This document shows positions 46,799-61,396 of a stretch of DNA of 64,000 nt, in pieces (positions within the stretch are counted from its first letter, which is position 1; each line of letters begins with the position of its first letter). The stretch covers positions 868,001-932,000 of the forward strand of contig MU004239.1 in assembly GCA_010405405.1 (NCBI GenBank). The letters run 5' to 3'. This DNA is from Microthyrium microscopicum. Lineage: Eukaryota. The notes beneath the pieces were generated by a model that saw nothing but the letters and a program-made list of their open reading frames with translations, was not told the origin of the DNA and did no database searches. The position numbers and the translations under genes were made by a program.

Positions 46799-47892
46799 AT
46801 GTCTGCTGGTCTTGTCCTGGTAATTCCACTCCTGTCTTGGTCTATTATAGTCAATTTAACGCGAACCAGATAACCGGTGCGACTGGTTTGATCGGATACA
46901 GTGTTGTTGTAGAGGCTCTCAGATCTGGCTATAGTGTTCGAGCAGCAGTTCGTTCTCAAGCCAAAGCCGACAGAATTCTGGCAACAAAACCGATCAAAGA
47001 ACTCTGGAGCTCAAACCCGGTTGCCAATCTCTCATTCGTCTTCGTCCCAGATATTCTCGCCGACGGAGCCTACGACGAAGCAGTACAAGGTGTCCAATTT
47101 GTAATACATTTAGCGTCTCCTGTTCCAAACCAGAATTTGATAGAAGACTTTGAAACTCAGCTGATTCAACCTGCGGTGAAAGGCACAACCGGAATTCTGA
47201 CTTCAGCTCTGAAGACAACAGGCATCAAACGGATCGTGATAACCTCTTCCACCGGGGGCATTGTTAGCTTTCATGATCTTATTGGATTTGGAACTGGAAA
47301 GACATTCGATGGAGACCATAGAGTGCCGGCCGATAATGGACCATATGCACATGTCATGCAAGCTTACGCTGCCTCGAAAGTCAAAGCCCTACTAGCTACC
47401 GATGAATTCTTTGCCAACAATAAAACCGAATTCGATCACGTCAATATCATGCCCAGTTTCGTCCTTGGTAGGAACGACCTGGCTACGACACCCGAAGAGA
47501 TTGCTTCGAGCTCAAATGGGGTGCTGATGCGACTTGTGCTTGGTCACGATGCGCCTATGCCGTTACCAGGCACGACTGTGCATCTTGAAGATGTGGCTAA
47601 GATGCACGTTCTTTCCCTGGACTCTGCAAAAGTGGCCGGAGGCTCGAACTTTGTAGCGACTTCTGGTGGTTTAGAAGGCATTCAGTTCAACGACTACCAG
47701 GAGATTGTAAACAGAAGGTTTCCTAGTACCATTGAGAACGGACGGCTGCCCAACAATGGTACCCTCACGACTAAGTCACTCAAGCTCGATGCGTCGAAGG
47801 CGGAGACAGTGTTTGGCTTCAAATTTCAGGGATATGAAGAGCAAGTAGTCAGTGTTGTTAGGCAGTATCTTGAGATATTGGGCAGTTCTTAG
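46799..47892 (+). CDS. NAD(P)-dependent epimerase/dehydratase-family reductase (Gre2/Ari1/aldehyde reductase II-like), exons 46799-46819 and 46870-47892
   Basis: VL|ITGATGLIG Rossmann motif, VIHLASP, IQPAVKGT, RIVITSS, YAASK (YxxxK), VHLEDVAKMHV. Confidence 0.92.
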
Positions 47893-50800
47893 CTTAAATT
47901 TTACCCACAAATGGACCTAGACCTAGTAGGAACATCTATACGTACATAAGTGAATCAAAGGGACTATTTTGATATGGCGTCTGAGGGTGCTGCCTCCACT
48001 TTAGGTCTCCGAATAACACCCACAGCTATCAATAACCAACACAAAATCCCTAGGACCGTAATAGCAGTAGTAAATGATGCCCACGCACAACTGACAATGA
48101 GCCTCATGCTCGATCGGTCAGGGCAGTGCCCGTATATATTCACCAATTGGACTGCTTGGTGCATGACATACCAAATCCCGAAAGCGAGCCATAATTTTGA
48201 TGTTGCCATAGTCCTATACGACTCGATTTATGGCAGTATTCTAGAGATAATCAGCTAAATAAACGTTTGATGAGCTCTTGCAACTCACACGCGGATTGTT
48301 TGCCTTCAAAGCCCACGGTCAAGAAATCAGCTGCGAGTTGATTTCCTGACCCCTGAGTGGCATGGGCAATCGCAGGGTCGTAGTATTGGGAATGTGAGGG
48401 AAAGGGCAGAGAGTTGTCGTATTTGGATCTATTAGAAATGTTCTCTAGAGGCCTAGGTATTCTGAAATTGGATAAGAGATAGTAAGTCCCGCTGACTAGG
48501 TAGGTAGTCAAAATAATCAAAGGGGTTGGCGCCTAAGGTTGGTGTTGAACTGCGCCACTCTCGCAGCCATTAAATCACGTATCGATTGGTCAATTATCGA
48601 GTCCTGACTACTAGTGATTGATTATATCAAGTCAGGTCATTCTGAGCAGAGGGATATAAATTCAAACCGTGTGCTTTGGTAAATATATTTTCAAACCATA
48701 GTTTTCAAGATGAGCGGATACTATCCTTCAACGACATCAGACTTAGCCAATTCTCTTGAAAACAACCTTTGTGACTGGGAATCTACCAGACGATCGAGCT
48801 TTTGTTAGCCTTTTGGTTTCGCAGATAATGCGAATCTCGAGGAAGTATGAGACATTTGTTAGATGGCACTTGAACAACGACTGATAAACATTTACACACT
48901 TACTACAGTTATACATTTTGAACCTTTCAAGGTCTTCCAGCCCTACGAATCATCAAATACATCGTGCTGTGCTACAAGTCATTATAAAGCCCGATATGCC
49001 CTGTGACCTCCACCGCATGCTTGTTAATTCTTCAGCAAGTACAGTCTGGCGTCTCATGTACGCTTCAGGTGTGACCCAGAGGCAGTATCAGGTATCAATC
49101 CTCTGTTAACAGTCATCAAAAATAATGAGCTCGCACCATTACCTCTCTAAGGCGAGATCAAGCAGCCGAGAGTGTACCTTTGGCTGCATTGTCGGACAGT
49201 TGGAACTACGTGCTCTTGCAATCCATCTTAGAGGCCAGCCAGCACGAAACTGGATTATAAATCCAGCCATAACCAGATTTAGGGTTTAGTATTGACCCTG
49301 GAGTTTAAGAATAATTGTCTGGATTCTGGTTCAAGATGAAGTCCAGACCAACATCAACAAACCACTACGTATTGAAGGCTTCTCGCGCCAGGATGGTTGA
49401 GGACTTTAGCTTTCCAGATCCATAGCCTAGCCTGAAGGTTGGTCCATGGGTTGTGTTGCCGACATATGAAAGTGCTGGTTGATGCCGTTGGCTTGGAAAG
49501 TAAATACGTCTGCTAGGTGGGCAGAGTCTCGTTTACCGAGTGTGGTGTGGTTGGCAAAGTTCGCTTGTTTTCGATCCCAGAAGCCTGAATGGGTCACTGG
49601 GCATCCAAAGACGGTTTGTAATTCGTCTAGTAGTCCTTGAGACGCTACTGTGCGCTTATGGCGAGAAATCCCGTTGAAATGCCCTTGCCATTTACCCATT
49701 GTGATATGTGGGCCGTTCCTCTATATGCTACATCGAGGATTCCAAATGCAGTAACGCAAGCTGACACAGCCCCACAAACCAGCTGAGGCCAGTATTGGTA
49801 TCTGTAGAGTGTCGACATACGTCGGGCATGTCTGACCATGCATTTGCTGGCAATGGAGGTTGAAATTCTTTAGCGACGAAGATGACTTACGGAACCTCTC
49901 CCTCGCTTCTAAGTCTAGCCAGACCTTCTGTCAAATAGTTAGCTCTAGTCTCAATTAGACATGTCTCGTTGCACAGTATGAGATACGTTTTGGGGAGGCA
50001 GTCTCCAGGCCAGGAGTAAAGACCTGGGGGACAGACTTGGTAGGTTCGAAAGATGGCCCGACGTTTTTGATTTGTCGTTGTTGACCAGAATGACAAGTCT
50101 CGGAGCAAGATTCTAGGCTTGGCTTGACTATCCAAAATTGGGGGAGATACGGAGCACAAGTCTCCGCATTGGCATCGAAAGTGCAGAAAGGAGCAGGGTT
50201 GTCAACATTGGGCTGGCTTTGATGAACTATTAGTCCATAGTCAACATACAGTATATGCAGAAGGCGAAGGTGAAAGCGTAGAATGCGAACTTTGCCCAGC
50301 CAATATAATTTTGAAGCTCTTTGATGTTCAACTTTCTTTTAGTCTTGTGGAGTCGGATCTTGAAGCCATCGTGATGAGTTAGATCTATTCAAGACAATAT
50401 GTTGAAGTTTGAAGGCTCTGCAAGGCTGGAAGATATTCTGGAGATGACATTTGACCTGGAGGGCAATGCTTTATACAAGGTCTCATCGCATTTGATATTT
50501 CCTCTGGCGTAATTCGAAGGCGTCCATGCCCCTGAATTGGACTTTCGCGTCTAGAAAGACCAATTGTCGTCAAGTACAAGCCAACAGTACTTATTGTTGG
50601 CAGGAGCAGAGTTGCGGCCAAGCGACTTTTGAGGCCAACATTGCGGCACAAAAGGCCAATACGACCTGAGGGACTGCAAAATGCATGTTAAGAGAGTTAT
50701 TTCAGCGCATAATTGTTGTGACTATGCTTTTGCATTGCATTAGTAGCGTTAGAAGCCAACAGTTGTAGGATATGTGGATTGAGAGGGCAACAAGCTTCGC

Positions 50801-51369
50801 CGGCCAAAAAGTCAACCCAGCGGCCACCAGCAAGAGATACTGCTGAGGTATACCTTAGCCATCAATCGCTATAGCTTATAGTACAGATTCTGAACTACCA
50901 GATTCTCGTAAACGTTACATTGAATCATTGATCACGTTTCTGCGAGAGGAATCGTTGAAATGGCAAACCTTAGTTCGTAAAGTGGATGGTGATGAACACT
51001 TAGATCAATAGACTGACATCCCATTGGAAGACAATCTCTTCATACTACCGATACTGGTATTAGTGATCAGTGGTCATGAAGTGACGTGCAAATAAGGTTC
51101 AGTGACAAAGATCAATATACTCCAAAGCCCCGCCACTAACCATCCAACCATTCCGCTTTCGGAGTCTTTGCTATATCCATGCAACCACGCCATTCAATTG
51201 TACTCCACAGGGCGTGGAGCTTGATATTTAGGAAAACCAAGCATTTCTGATGAATCTTGTAGCCTCCCAATCCTCTTACCTCGTACTGCTTCAATAAATT
51301 TCAGGTCGATTCTGAGGAAGCGCCAGTTTCAAGCAGCCATACATCCAATATAAATTCCAAACCACCACA

Positions 51370-52729
51370 ATGGCCCAAGAACACCACCAACAACTCCCCT
51401 CCACCCTCTCCCCCTCAACCCTCGCAATACACGCCGACGACTACCTCAACACATCCACCGACGTAGCACCCGCTCTCCACGTCTCCACCACCTTCCGCTA
51501 CACCAACGATCTCAACGCTCTCCAACCACCCAACTTCGACACAGTTCGTCTCACCATCCCCATTACAAATCCCCAGCACAAACCCACTGTATCAAACCAC
51601 CTCTCCGCTCACTAACAGCACCAACCAGCCCATAGCTGAAATCCTCTCCCTAACAAACCCAACGCACGTCTACTCCCGCCTCTCCGCCCCAAACACCACC
51701 CGTCTCGAATCAATCCTCTCCGCCCTCCTGCACGGCCGCGTCCTAACCTACTCCTCCGGTCTCGCCGCCTTCCACGCCCTCCTCGTGTATCTCCGCCCGA
51801 ACGTCATAGCCGTCAGTGACGGATACCATGGATGTCATGGCGTCATTGGCCTCTTGACGAAATTATACGGTCTAAAGAAGATCCCACTCGATGATGATGG
51901 CGCATGGGATGCTGCAAACTTGGGCAAGGGCGATGTAGTACATATCGAAACACCGCTAAATCCAACAGGTGAGGCCGTGGATTTGAAGAAATGGGTTAAG
52001 AAGGCGAAGGAGAGGGGCGCATGGGTTACTGTCGATGCGACGTTTGCGCCGCCCCCGTTGCAGGATCCGTTGGCGTTGGGGGCGGATGTGGTTATGCATA
52101 GCGGGACGAAGTATATTGGGGGTCATAGTGATATGCTGTGCGGGGTGCTGGTGACGAAGCATGAGGATGTATGGCATGGACTCTTTGCGGAGCGTGTGTT
52201 TTTGGGCAGCGTGATGGGGAGTCTGGAGGGGTGGTTGGGGGTCCGGAGTGTTCGGACGCTGGAGGTGAGGATTACGAGTCAGGGACGGAATGCGACGAGG
52301 ATTGTGGGGTGGTTGAATGCGGCGTTTAAGGGAGAGGATGGCGCAAGTGAGGAGGTGAGGAGGGTGGTTGGTGGGTCGGTGTTGAAGATCCAGCATGCGA
52401 GTCTGCAGGCGAAGGAGGAGAATTGGGTGGATGAGCAGATGCCGGGCGGGTATGGGCCGGTATTCGCGCTGATCTTGCAGGATAAGGAGATGGCGAGGCG
52501 ATTGCCGAGTAAGTTGGCGCTATTTCATCATGCGACGAGTCTGGGTGGTGTGGAGAGTCTGATTGAGTGGCGGCGAATGAGTGATTCGACAGTTGATGAG
52601 CGGGTTTTGCGGGTAAGTGTTGGCCTGGAAAACTGGGAGGATCTGAAGCAGGATTTGTTTACTGGATTGAAGGCCGTTCTGGAAGATGTCAAGCCTGAAA
52701 AGCTTTCAGTGGAAGGCTTGTCAGTTTAA
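51370..52729 (+). CDS. PLP-dependent trans-sulfuration enzyme (cystathionine gamma-synthase/lyase family, YHR112C-like), 2 exons
   Basis: TLAIHAD, VAPALHVSTTF, YSRLSAPN, YSSGLAA, ETPLNPTG, VDATFAPP, PLP-Lys motif HSGTKYIGGHSD, ATSLGGVESLIE, RVSVGLE. Confidence 0.93.
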
Positions 52730-53071
52730 TGGTTGTGCATAGTTGCTGGATGTTAGCGAGGCTTAAAAGATGAAGTGAAAGAAACTGTTCCAATACTCGT
52801 ACATATGATAATATATTGACATTTCATACTATTCCGACTTCATGACGCCTGAACTTTGATAGTAACTGATTGTACTTGCGTGGATACTTTCTGAGCATGG
52901 TTCAATATCGTCTCGCCCAAACACCAACGCTATGCAAAAGAAATTAACAGAATATGTACATGTCCATGGATTTTGAATCCAGAAGAAAAGCTTGGACAGA
53001 TGCGGTATACAAACAACAAGGTCAGGAAAATTTGAACAGAAAGATGGTTGTTGTGCAGTGACAGAAACAGA

Positions 53072-54218
53072 TTACCTGCCATAGCCATACTGGTTCGATC
53101 CTGGAGCATTATATCGTGATTGGCTACTATATTGGTTTGAGTTACTGTTGTAATTGTTGGAAGTGTTGGTATAGCCGTTCGTCTGGCCACCACCATTATA
53201 TGTCTGATATCCAGCGTTTTGATGTGGGCTGGAGCGTCCTTGATTATCGTACCGGTCGTTGCTAGCGAAATCATTGTATGCAGTACCTCCAGTCTGATTA
53301 TAAACAGGTGATCTGGACTGTCCCGAGCCATAGGTATTATAACCCGTTGCATTATTTCCGTAATTGCTGCTGCTATTGTTGCCGTAGCCTTGGCTGGAAC
53401 CTGCGCCATATGGAGAATTGGCATATCGATCAGTCTCATATCGATCGTTGCCGCTTCGTACGCCTAGATCTTGTCGACTTCCATAGTCTGAATTTGAGCC
53501 GCCATAGCCTACTGCTGGTATGGCAGGGGATGGCGCAGCAGCTAGAGTCTTTGGTCCACTTTGGTTACGCATTGGAATTGGTCGCGCTGCTGGGCTTTCT
53601 TGTCCTCCAATCCCAGGACTGCGGTCTTGCTTTAGACGATCCATCTCATACTTCTCAGGTTCCTCAAGAACCTCGATCTTTTTGCTCGCAGCCGTTTCCC
53701 ATGAAGGCATGGCAGGTAAACTGTCTGCGTGAATTTTGGTCGAAGAATCAAATGTGGCAGTCTGCGCGAAAGCATTTTGTTGATATATTGGCTGAGGTGG
53801 TGATTGATATTGATTATTGTATGGTGTCGATGGCACGGAATCAAGATGCTTGTGCTCTTTATGTCGAGAAGGCTGACAGCACGAGCAGCATTTGAAGCAA
53901 CAGCACACCAAGGCTTTACCACAGCAAAGACAGCGAACAAAACACCAAAGGATGGAAAATGCAATGAGGGCGCCGATTATGAGACCAGCAATGACTGGCC
54001 ATCTAAAGAAACAATGAGGTCAGTATCCATGCAATAATGAGCGCGAGTCGTGAAGATCAAGTGCCAAGGTTGAAACACGCATGTGAGTGAGAATTGACGT
54101 ACTTGCAGTATGCCTTGGACATGCACCCGTCCCACGAGGAAAATGCGGTCTTTGCGTCTGACACGCTCTGCATGATGCCGCCAGCAGAAGTACTCTGGCG
54201 AGCAAGAAGAATCGGCAT
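53072..54218 (-). CDS. Single-pass membrane protein with Cys-rich juxtamembrane segment and N/Y/G/S-rich tail (conserved fungal family often annotated 'fibroin-3 related'), 2 exons
   Basis: VSDAKTAFSSWDGCMSKAYCK|WPVIAGLIIGALIAFSILWCFVRCLCCG...CCCFKCCSCC, DSLPAMPSWETA and a low-complexity C-terminus. Confidence 0.8.
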
Positions 54219-55169
54219 GATGGGCGAGGTTGCGGTTTTATACTCGCGGTACTGGGTTGAAGACAAGTATAGCGGAACCAGGAGGCCGAATGCGGGGACA
54301 AACGGTCCCTGGCCTCTCTGACGAAACGCAAACCAGCAGCGCGTCTAGAATCTGTATTCCAGCGTCCAAGTAGCGAACTGACGGGCTTGGATCCAGGGAG
54401 TGAGTATGGTACTGGTGTTGAATGGAGGTTGGGATGAAGTAGCGATGTAGTAAAGGGGTACAAGAAAATTGGCGGTAGAGCGGTAATTAGAAAAGGCTGT
54501 GCGCTCAGAGAAGGAGGAGTTAGCAGATATTAAATGAATGGACAGACGACGTTCAACTCAATGAAGTCATCCGAGGGATATATTTGAGAGTTGTATTAAA
54601 ACAGTTGATGAAGAAGACTGGTTGGCGAGGGTCCCCTTGGACTTCAAAGGGCAAGTGAGGTCTGTCCACCCAAACGAAGCCTGTGCTCCTGCCCTTTTGA
54701 AACGCGTTTTCCGCTACGACAACCAATCAAAATGTGTTTCCGCGTGGCATCCTCGTAATTCCGGCCCGATAATTGGGGAAAGCTTCTGTTTCTTTACTCA
54801 ATTGAGACTAGCTTGCTTCCACCCTTGTTTTGTTTCATCTTATCTTTCTCCATCTATCTCTCATCTCTATCCTTTTTTCCACCTTGTTCGAACAAGACTT
54901 CTCACCTCTTTTCAACCAGTGCCGAGTTGCAGTTCTCACGACTATTGAATCTATACCATAGAAAGCATAAAACCCTAGACTTTAACAGGTCCGTCCATGC
55001 AAAGGTTGAGCAGAATGCTACAGCGATGAATTCGTGGATTAGCATGGGATCAGGAGCAATGTATTTTAAGCACTAGATCATCCAAGCATCCTATAAACAT
55101 CGCGGAACCTAGCCCTTTTCTCACGATCCAACCTACCTCTTGATTCCTTGCACTGAGTCGTCGATTCAT

Positions 55170-56092
55170 CTACAAACTCAAATGCTCGTGGAAGAAATCA
55201 GACACAGCCTGGTATCCCTTTGCAAAGTTGGCTGCCATCTTCTCATCCTTAAGATCAGCTCGAGTAGTCATCCATCCCTATATCCGTAAGCTTTCAGATC
55301 ATCACAAAAGTCAGAGAACTTACATGAGGCGACTCATTGTAAAAGTCAACGACGTTTGGCACCTTCAAGTTAGCCCCAAACGCTTTAACAATCTCAGCAT
55401 CCTCATCCTTCGAAGCCAGCACAATAATCGGCTTCACAATTTTCGATCCATCCTCCGGAGTCATCATGGACGGATGAACTTCAGCAGCTACTGAAAAAGC
55501 AGTACCCTCCGTCAGGTTGATACTAACAATCTATCCTCCCACATTAGCTCACACAAATCTCCTACGAACAGGGACCACATGTAACGTACCTTTGCGCCCC
55601 AACAATATCCCACCGCGCCAAACTTAGTGACCGTTCCAGCGCCCTTGATCTCCTCAACGACCTTCTTCAACAATCCAGTAACCACGCCCGGATTCCCAAC
55701 CCCATCAGGACCAAAGTATTTGCCAATAGCCTTTTTGCCTTCTTCGCCAGCATTGGGCCCAAACCACGAGCCTTGCGCATACTCGCCCTTCAGAAAGTCG
55801 GGGATCAACACTTGGAACGGGTGTTTTCCGCTGGCGGCCAGCATGTCGGCGCCTTGCTGAATCTGAGGTGTGATTCCAAAGACATCGTAGATCAAAATCA
55901 CAGCTGTGGTCGCATCGGCTGGACCGGTCTTATCTGTTGTAGTGGTGAATAATTGAAGTGAATGAAGGGATCTTGAGTGAACGTACAGGTCTTCAGGCCA
56001 GCGACAGTTTCGAAGCTACCCTTGGAAGTGTATTCTGCCTGGACAGGTGGGAGAGTACAGCAGGCCTGGAGGGCGGTTAGTATAGACGTCAT
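55170..56092 (-). CDS. Dienelactone hydrolase family protein, multi-exon
   Basis: ACCTLPPV, IYDVFG, V.IPDF, nucleophile motif GAVGYCWGAK, VHPSM, LASKDE, MSH|GWMTTRADL. Confidence 0.92.
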
Positions 56093-59000
56093 GGTTCATA
56101 GGTGGAGATACATGCTTTGCTGCCGTGTACTTCAGACATGATGATGGTGGTTAAATGGCAAGTGAAACGATGTTTGATAGAAGATTAAAGCTTCGCGAGG
56201 TTTGTACTAGATTGTGGAATTTGTGCGGGAATACTTGATATGTATCTATCTCGCAAGCTCACTATGGAACTCCAATCCGTGCATTCGGTCTCCCTCAGTG
56301 CGGATTCGGCAGTGATAACTCCATATTTAATAGCAGGACCGGAAACAAGCTACCCCACCGGCTCCACCAATCTGCTAATGCTTCAAGAACTAAATAATCC
56401 ACTAAGATACCCTTGATAGCTTACCTTGCTTCTGATACGCTAAAGATGAAGTAGAAAGTAGCGGCTAGAGCCAATAATGTTCTATTTAGTAGTGAGGAAC
56501 ATCATGACAAAGCCGGGATATAAGCATCGTTTCTCACATTGACGCTAGTAGTATAGCTTAAGAATCGGCTTTTTAAGCCTGCTTCAGCCTATGAGCGCGA
56601 CTTAGATGCAGGAGATTAGTTTAGCCTAATAGTCAATGAATCTTTGGATCTTGACAGAAGGCCATGATCATGTAATATGTTTGATACTGTTCGTCAATTG
56701 GACGATAATAGGTTTGTCTGAGAGATAAATCTCCAGCACCTTTAATAGTAGCGTATAGCGATTAACGATTAGACACTTAGCAGCTTGTAAGCCTATTCCG
56801 TTCAATGATAATAGGTCTTGATGGCTTGATACAGCTTATGAAACTTCTCCTGTATGTTCAAAAAATATAGCTCGACAACTGCGCGCCGCCCGCTATAAGG
56901 AAGAGGTCAACTTTGAGCCTTGAATAGCGAGATGGCGTTGGTATCAATCGAATTCGAAAGGTTTACCGACATTCAGTGAGGTATCTTAGAGCAGATAAAG
57001 CTAGTCCATGATTCCCGCGCAGTATGCTAGACAGTCGTGTGCCAGCGGCTGAGAAACTCCATTGCGATAGCTCGTCTATTTTGATACCAGACATGGAGAG
57101 CTAGCCACTCTCGTGGACGTGTATGACAGCAAGTAAGATATCTGGGCGTGTATGTTACGCGGGCAATACGGAGGACAATATGGCTGCAAGGATGCAAATA
57201 TCTGTCAATAGTCGTCCGCCCCATCCACTCTAGCTTGCGCGTCCGTTTCCTTCTTAACGTCCTCGCGTTCCGGCCGGTTTTGATGATTGGCAGATCAGCT
57301 TGATCAAAGGTAGGCAGACGATGTACGAAGCAGAAATGAAATGCAGAGGAGGTTCAGAGGAAGTTGGGGCAAAAAGATGCTGCATCAGTCTGCAAGAAGA
57401 ATGTTGTGGGGTCGAGCGGAACGGCTGTAGTATAACGCAGCGGAGTGAAACCACAATGGAGGCGAGCGCTTGAGACGTGCAAGACATGTACTCGGTAACG
57501 GGAAGCTTTGGGATGGAGGATATGGGCTCGGAAGGAACGAGAGTGGAAGACGCAAAGGGAGGGAAGTAAAAACAGGCGCTACGGGACTGAAGGACATGGC
57601 GTCATCACACTGAAGCCAATAACCTTAAAGCGAAGGCATGGCATAACAGGACGAGCAATAGAATGGCTCTGGAGAGACAAGCTTTCAATAAGAGAGATAA
57701 GATGATGGACTTTTTTGGACCATCGAGGTAGGTATACCTCTTGCAAAATCTCTCCGTATGATAGCGCTGTGAAGCTGCAACTCTTCGATGAGTGTCAGCA
57801 AAACGTACGAGTGCACGTCGATCCTCGCTGGGGCTTGCAAGTTGGAGCAAAGGTTTTTCGAAAGAGATAAGTCCAAAATTTGGCAAGTGAAGCTTAAATT
57901 TGAAGCATCCCTCCAGCAAGGAAGTAATCCTACTGTCCGGAGTAGCAGTATCGGTCCCCTTCAATGGCTTCGGGCTGGTTATGATACAAACGTCTGCAAG
58001 TATCTTCCAGGCCTGAATCCAGCCTGTCCAAATCGAAAGCCCGGAGTTTGCAATTGTGCCTTTGCGGATTGTATAAGTACAAATGCACACTGAACACACT
58101 AGTGCTCGAATGCCAAAGGGGACAAAGTCGCTCCGACAATGGTCGGGGCTCTATCAGTGTACGGTTGCGTAGCAGTGACATAGACAAGGAAGTTGGGATC
58201 GAGATCCTCTGGCGGGCCAAGACTAACTAGTACTGATAGGTCACACAGACAAAAAGAGGCGAAATCTAGATGAATGGGATTGTGTTTTTGAAGAGGACAG
58301 GAATTTTGTGGGTTGTTCATGCTGAAGGTTGTAGACTTGTGTAGTGATACCAGGGGAATGCCTACTCTAGTAGGTTTGGCGCACCAAAGGTCTTAGTAAT
58401 CAATACCTTGGATGGTCTGACTGGGCTTGTGGGCTGATCGCTTCTGCGATCGGATACCAAACGAACGCATACCATACTTGCATTTGCCACAAGACATTCC
58501 AACAACAGAACCACCCTGCCCCGACGAGAATTCCGTATCGCCACCCTTCTTTTTTGAGAACCATGGACTATTCAATCACTCAATTCGATCTAGACTGATG
58601 CTGGTTGTCGACCTAGTGCATTTCAACACCTGCGCTTTCGAAGCACTACAGAATCAGCTTTGGCGTTTGGCCTCATCCAAGAGTTTCCATTGACTGCTGA
58701 CTCTGCGCAGGAGCGATCTTACGACACAAACAGTGACGCCTGAATTCGATATGCCCACCTGGAGAATCGGCGCTGATGAACCGACACTGAAGCCGCCCCG
58801 CCACGTACTCGTATACGACCAATGCAACACGAATACCATCGAGCACTATTCGATCCAGAGATAGCGGCATTCGTCCTCCAGGGAGTGCGGCATTCAACAT
58901 CCAAAGATGCTGCTTTGCTCGCATGGAGAGTGCATACGTTCAGCCATCATGAAATGTTGCTTTTTTCAAAGCAAACCTTGCATGTTTGCTTTATTGTAAC

Positions 59001-61396
59001 CATCAAAAATGGCTTGCGGTACCCGATCTACACCTTGAGTTTAAAAATTATTCGCAATCTCGTCAGCTCCAGTGGTCATAAGACTTTTCTGGTACCATTG
59101 GTTGCGGCAGATGACCGGAGCCGTATTCGATGTGCAAGTCGCCCTATAGCCAACAATACTCGTGCATGCATCGGTGCACCGCACTACTTGGAAAATCTTT
59201 CAATTCGATGTTTTATATTACATTGGCAACTTGACAATCGTCCCTGCTGAAAACGCTGTCAGTATTTGTACAAACAACCGACCTAAGATGAATGACTTAC
59301 TGGGATGCTTCAAGACTTGTTTTTGCTCACCAACCAATGCTGATGGCTCTGCAAGGTGGTGAGACAAATGGAATGCCTCACAGAAACTCTCGAAAAAATT
59401 GCCCAGGCATGAAAGGCAGTTCTCTTGAATATTGACAAGAGTCTTCAGTACCAATTATCAATGGTCGCCTATATGTCGAAAGGTAGGAATCCAGCTTTAT
59501 ACTCTGGATCTTGACAGCACCCAAATCAGCAAGCTAGATTCTAGTCCCAGGATATCTTGCCGAAACGAAGCCTCGAAAAAACGCCAATCCACAACAATGT
59601 ACTTCCGAGGTCCGGCAGATTTATGATACAAGCCACTACTATCATACTGTTGCGCGACAGAGCTCGAAAGTGCCTGGAAGGACTCTTTCTTACTGGAATT
59701 GTCCGATTGCCGGCTGTGCAAGCACGCATGCAAAGTTTCGCGAGTGACCTCGAGCTATTCTGCATATGAGGCAACTGGCTTTTGTTTCGATTGTGTAGCC
59801 ATTCAAGTCGCTTGATTGAACCAGAAGCTTTGAGGCTGAGTTTGGGAGAACGAGAAGGAACGAAAGCTGAGCAATTTGCTTCTTCGAGACTGTTAGCCAG
59901 CAGATGTTCTCCTGGAGAAAACAGCCGCAACGGATAGAATGTTGGAGCATCTGGATATTGGCAGGAAGTTGCCTTATACAGTTGTGTTCAACTGCGCGAT
60001 ATACGCATTTGTTCTTCTGGCTGCCCGCAGCGTTGGCCGTTGTCAAGTCCTTGGGCGCAAGACAACCCGAGTTGAAGCACACAACAACCGGAAAGTTGAC
60101 ATGGAAGGCGAATTCTTTGCAGATGATCCTGAACCACACGTGAGAGAAATTCACAAGGTCCTTGGTCTCGTAGTCGGCATGATCGTCATGGTTGATGGCC
60201 ACGGCAGAGACGATAGCAGGCTGATGAGAAGTGAGAAGAATAGCAGGCTAGTATCTGAAAGATGCTTCGTCTTGAGTTGAGGGCAGCGACATAGGTTTTA
60301 AAAGCAAGGCAATCGAAGGTCCAGGAGTTATTCGGAGACAAAAGCAGCAAAGTTATTGTTCAAAATAGAAGAAGAAAGAGAAAGAGTTGGACTATGGTTC
60401 GCTCCAGAAGACATCGATCCACCAAAAGCCAAAGTGGTCCTCGGTACCCCCCTTGGATCTGTACGGCCACCCAGTCAAACACTGGCCAGCTCTCGAGCTT
60501 TGAGCTAGTACATCGACCACAAATACGCCTTATTTATTTCTCATTATTGGCATTCTCGACTTGACGCTTTCAGACATAGCAGTTTGTTATGCTGGATCCA
60601 GCAGCTTGGGTTCAATAACAACAGCCCATATACCAAGTCTCTGACCCTCGTGCTGCTAAGATTCCAAGTACTACAGAGTACTCTAGACTTGGTTGAACTT
60701 GCATCCAGCATTGAAGATCGCCACTCGCCAGCAACGAGGCCGCCTTCAGATTGAGATTTCGCCACATATGACGAGTGGCGTTGAGTCTTTAATCGCAACG
60801 TTTGCCTGGTGTTGTTCGCATCTGTCCGACCGTGGTATCTTTCTAGTATCCCAATGGTTGTGATGCTACTGTGACAGCCAACAGCTTACAATTGCCTGTT
60901 GCTGACGAATCCGTTGCTCTATCACCTCACCTACTGCTCTATAGTGGGCATATATACGACTTTTTGCGGCTCATCATCTTCATCACTCCGTCCTACCTGC
61001 ACTTACTCCAAGTGCTGTTGTACACGGCTCTTTGATTAGAGCTCCAGATCTGTCATAACGGCTGTCATCGAGCTCTTGCGACAACATCGAGCTGCAGGGT
61101 TCGTTGCTACCTGAGCCTGCCTGCCTTGAGCCCTCCAGTTGAGCCAACTACATTGGCAGAACTTCCAGGGGCCACAGAGCCGCTGTCTTTAGCGTTATAG
61201 TCCGGATATTGGGCAGAAACTGTTCATTTTCCTGTCGCGGACCCTGGCTATCACTTCATCAGAGTCTAGCTATTGATCTGTAATCGATTCAACGTCTTGT
61301 CTACCGCACACTGAAATTTGATTCGACATTTCTGAGCGTTTCCCTCCACATGATCTCACAAACCTCTACATCGCGGCTATCCCAGTGCCGTTAACT

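Noticed and set aside
46759..46869. ORF-track N-terminus of the SDR (TTG start, 377 aa)
   Set aside because: It reads through an intron. The better-supported start is ATG 46799 with intron 46820-46869.
49268..49279. TTTAGGGTTTAG, a telomere-like or possible telomerase-template motif
   Set aside because: Fewer than two units, it does not match the TTAGGG/TAACCCTAA template expected for Pezizomycotina, and there is no supporting structure.
53278..53895. 205-aa plus-strand ORF and other overlapping ORFs
   Set aside because: Antisense or alternative frames of the supported minus-strand membrane protein gene.
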